Source: Diplonema japonicum (Eukaryota > Protista > Euglenozoa: Diplonemea). From it: DNA of 64,000 nt. This document shows, in pieces, positions 60,322 through 64,000 of the stretch (positions within the stretch are counted from its first letter, which is position 1; each line of letters opens with the position of its first letter). The notes under the pieces were generated by a model. That model saw only the letters and a list, made by a program, of their open reading frames with translations. It did no database searches and was not told where the DNA came from. Location: assembly GCA_964019335.1 (NCBI GenBank), contig OZ025688.1, positions 372,001 to 436,000 on the forward strand, in the 5' to 3' direction. Made by a program: the position numbers and the translations under genes.

Positions 60322-61252
60322 GTTTAAAGGCAAATATGACCCCCCCCCCCCCCCTGCACAATTTTATTCAGTTTTTTTCTCTCTTTTTTTTGGAGGGGCA
60401 CAATTTGGTTGCCCGAAAAAAAAAAAGAAAGAAAAAAAAGAAAGAAAGAAAGAAACAGTAACTAGGGTCAAAGATTTTGTATGATTTTTTTTTGTTGAGA
60501 ACAGAAAAGGGGAAAAAAGAGAATAAATATTGCTATTGTTTCTTGCTTCTTTTAAAAAAAAAAACTCTTTTTCTTCTTCATCATCTTCTATTTAACTTTT
60601 ATTTTCTTCTTCTGTATTGGCTCGGACTACGATTAAAAATTCACGGTGAATGCGTCTCTTACTTGGCGGCTGTTTAGCCACCCCTCCCTCTCCTCCTTTT
60701 TTGGCAAACCCGGGTTTGCGGGCTAAGGTGATTGGCTTGGCACGCTGCAATTTTGTCTCTGTATTCTTTTTTTTTTCTCCCCAGAATTAAAAAAAAAAAA
60801 AGCAGAACTTTCAAAAGGAAAATTAAAATTCAACATGCAGAAGACCATGCAAAATAAATAAGTAAAAAGATGTGTGGGAAGCCATTTTTTCTTGATAAAA
60901 AAACAAGGCTTTACAACTGCGGCTTTCTTGTATCCCATCATTCGGAAACAGACTTTGGAAATGCAAGAGAAAAAAGTTAGAGGGGTAGACTTTTTTTTTT
61001 CCTCGTTAGCACCTACTCTGAAAATTTGGGTCTTTTGAAAAAGAAAAAAAATTGGGAGTTTGCTTGTTGTACTTTAAAAAAAAAAAAAGAACCCCCTCCC
61101 CCTTCCCCTCATTTAAACCTTTCTTTTTTTTTTTTCTAAACCCACGTCCACAACGAAGAAAAGCGAAATAATAAAAAAAGAAAAGGGGGAAGGGGGAGGG
61201 ATAAAAAGACACAGAAGAAGAAAAAAGAAAAAAAAGTAAATAAAATAATAAA

Positions 61253-63117
61253 ATGAGTTTAAACGAGCAACTGTTGGAACAGCTAGGCGGGGGCGCCAGC
61301 GAGCCCCCTAGAAAGAAGCCAAGACTGACCAAAGCGGAATGGTACAAGAAGCAAGAAGAGAGACAGATGGAAGAAGCGAGAAAAACAGCAATGCAAGAAC
61401 CGGAGGGGGGCCCGAAGAAGGACGACGGGTGGCGATGGCAGCTGGATTTAAAAAGCCTCCAGAAGAGGTACGAGCACAAGGTGAAACAAGGCAACGGGAG
61501 GCGGCTTGTTCACGGGTGTTTCGTGAAGTCCTCCACATGGAGCCCCGATGGGTCCGTCCTCATTACAAACAGCGAGGACAACATTCTACGCCTGTACAAC
61601 CTGCCTGAGACACTTCGCCAAACGGATTCTGTTGCAAAATCTTGTGCACCGCTCCCCACCGTTCTTTCGATGACGGAAGGCGAGTGCATCTACGACTACG
61701 CATGGTACCCTAAGATGCAGGAACGATCGAACTCTTGCTTCGTTGCCTCGTCTCGCGACCACCCCATTCATTTATGGGACTCTCTATCCGGAAAGCTCCG
61801 TGCCACGTACCGTGCCTACTCAGAGGTCGGGGAGGTCATTGCTGCGCATTCCCTTGCGTTCTCGCCCACCGGAAGCAAGCTGGTTGCGGGGTACCGTGGG
61901 TGCATCAGAGTCTTCGATTCCGAAACTGCAGGCGAAGCCACCGACATCCGGCCCACCCTCGTCAAGATCAACAAGAAGCGGTCTGGTGTCACAGGCGTCA
62001 TCTCGACGCTTGCCTTCTCCAGCACACACGAGAATATCTTCGCAGCGGGTTCTTTTTCTGCGCAGTTCGCCATTTACGACACAAGAATCCCCGGCAAGGG
62101 TGTCGCCATGGTGACCCGTGCCCACAGGGGCGGCATCACACATATGAAGTTCACGCCATGCGGACGATACCTCGCAACAGCCGCACGAAAAGACGGCAAA
62201 ATCAAGCTGTGGGACACAAGGTTGACGGGCAGGACGTGGTCCGGGGAGTTCAGGGACGTGGAGGAGACAGGTGCTGCGATGCACAGGGAGGTGCCGACAA
62301 ACCAGCGAATCACCTTCGACATCGACCCCTCGGGGACTGCTTTGTACAGCGGGTGCAGATCGGGTTCTTTGAAAGTGTTCAACTTGCAGGACCCGCAAGC
62401 TGCCTGCGTGTCGATCCCTGTCTGCGACCACTCCCTGAACGGCGTGCACCACCACCCCACGCTGCCCATTCTCTCGCTCACCACAGGGGAGAGGGCCTTC
62501 AAGGTGAAAAAAGATTGCAGCGATACTATCAAACCCCTTTCCATGTGGGCACTGCGCCCACGTGCGCGCACACCCTCGTCGTCGTCGTCGTCCTCTAGCA
62601 CCTCTTCCGAATCGGAGGACTGCGACAGTCTTGTGAAAGAGAGTCTTGATGCTGGTGTTACGGTTGCCACTGAAATACCCGAAACAGCTGCTGATCAGGT
62701 ACCCGAGACGTTGCCGGTTCTGGAAGCAGGCGCTGTGTTACCTGAGCCTGTTCAAGAGACTGCCAACCTTTTGCCGGTTCTGGAAGCAAGCTCTGTATGT
62801 GTGGAAGACGAGGATGAATCCCTGTCCGTGTCCAGCGTCTCGGACAGCATCATCGACACAGCGGACCCCCCAAGCGACATCGAATGCGGCAGTGAAGAGG
62901 GAGACCAGGTATGCTTTGCTAATATACAATACGCGCACAGCTTCCGGAGTACCCGGAGTCGACCTCCACGTTGGAGTTGTTCGCAGGGGTGTCGAAGACG
63001 TTCAGGTTGTTCGTCCCCGAGGCCCCCGTGGCAGCAGAAGAGACGGAAACGGTGCCAGCGAAAACGGAAGAAGACACCAAGCTGGATGAGAGCACGGGGC
63101 TGACGGGGCTGCCTTGA
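61253..63117 (+). CDS. WRAP53: WRAP53/TCAB1-like WD40 protein, join(61253..62908,62941..63117)
   Basis: WSPDGS.LITNSEDN.LRLYNLP, EGECIYDYAWYP, SSRDHPIHLWD, LRATYRAY and TNQRITFD. A 32-nt GTATG...gctaat...CAG intron continues the acidic tail. Confidence 0.88.
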
Positions 63118-63177
63118 TCGTGTATCATTATTCTTTTTCCATCTAACTTGCACCCGTCATATCACACTCAAGGTCAC

Positions 63178-64000
63178 ATGGAGAGGCTATCGCTTGTGTC
63201 CGATGTGGTGGTCGAACTGTGGACCCACTTCGTGGAGTTGGTACACTGCGACGGGGACACCGCCCTGACGAAGAAGAGGAAGGACGTCGTCGTGGCCATC
63301 GTGATCACCGTTTGTGTGGCGACAGGGTTTGCGTTCTTCATCAATGCGATCACCGGGCTGGACTACTCGTATGCAGTATCGGCCATCAGAATATATCTGT
63401 TCACACCACTCTTCATCATGCCGTGGCTGCTGTACACAAAGCGATGTCCCGAGGTGCTTGTCGTGGGACTTGTCTGGTTCATATTCTTCGGTGTTCTCGT
63501 CTCCGACTGGGGTGCAGCTTCCTCCATGGAGGGTATCCGCTACTGGCCCTTCTTTTTTATCATTGTGAACATCCTCTTTGTGTGCGAGATGCCCGACACG
63601 CAGTCCATGTACGTCTTGCTCGCCGTGTCGCTGTGGATGATCATTGACACCATTGAAAGCAGCTTCAGGATAGGCATCTACGACCTGGGATGGCCAGACT
63701 ACGACAAAAGGAGTCAAATGTGCAATTGTTCAAAGCCGCCATGCAGTACACCAGCCAACTCAGGCTCGTTTGTGTTCTACTTGTTCACTCTGTACCTGAA
63801 CTTCTACATGACAAGGTACTACGTGAAGGAAGCGATCAGCGAGAAAAGAAAGATGGCGGAATGCATAACCGCCATAGGTGCCGTCGGAGGGTACCTTGCC
63901 TCCTTCGACCTTGACAATGCAGAGCGGGAACTGAAGCTAGCGATGCTGACGGAAGGACTTGAATCGGAACTGATGGCAATGCTGTCCAACCTCAAGGCGT
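63178..64000 (+). CDS. Multi-pass membrane receptor-like protein (CxCxxPPC family, often followed by a nucleotide-cyclase-like domain); 3' partial
   Basis: The frame is open from ATG 63178 to the window end and is missing from the ORF track because it has no stop. Several TM segments, MCNCSKPPC and LASFDLDNAE...LSNLKA. Confidence 0.75.
   Translation, partial: MERLSLVSDVVVELWTHFVELVHCDGDTALTKKRKDVVVAIVITVCVATGFAFFINAITGLDYSYAVSAIRIYLFTPLFIMPWLLYTKRCPEVLVVGLVWFIFFGVLVSDWGAASSMEGIRYWPFFFIIVNILFVCEMPDTQSMYVLLAVSLWMIIDTIESSFRIGIYDLGWPDYDKRSQMCNCSKPPCSTPANSGSFVFYLFTLYLNFYMTRYYVKEAISEKRKMAECITAIGAVGGYLASFDLDNAERELKLAMLTEGLESELMAMLSNLKA

Noticed and set aside
1070-61252. Numerous poly-K/F/P/G ORFs in the six-frame track
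   Set aside because: They are translations of homopolymer runs, which lack stop codons. No protein motifs.
63187-63717. Minus-strand 176-aa ORF and similar antisense ORFs over genes
   Set aside because: Shadows of the + strand coding sequences.
2-64000. Stop-codon reassignment or non-canonical introns
   Set aside because: Conserved genes end normally in TAA, TAG or TGA, and every frame break in host genes is explained by GT-AG introns.

Overview
Eukaryotic genomic DNA, almost certainly from a diplonemid (Euglenozoa). Three things point there: a near-complete diplonemid-type spliced-leader (SL) sequence at 52291-52328, about 23 protein genes that are all on the + strand, and gene families typical of Euglenozoa (PSP1-C, a multi-TM 'CxCxxPPC' receptor-like family). 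Genes are dense at 1-14.0 kb and 38.6-64 kb, separated by a ~24.6 kb repeat-rich desert holding a single clear gene. Non-coding DNA is saturated with A, T, C and G homopolymers, and most start codons follow an A-run. Fourteen short (31-62 nt) GT-AG introns can be reconstructed from reading-frame logic, and several have a poly(A) run where the polypyrimidine tract should be. Mobile DNA includes an ATAT-targeting piggyBac-like family (one decayed transposase copy plus derivatives), a hairpin-ended family with tyrosine-recombinase (Crypton-like) remnants, a CATAGTA-ended MITE with a 5-bp TSD, and TTAA-flanked mini-elements. There is also an unexplained 44-mer in three identical copies. The many K/F/P/G-rich ORFs in the track are homopolymer artefacts. 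All protein calls come from motif recognition by eye, not database searches.
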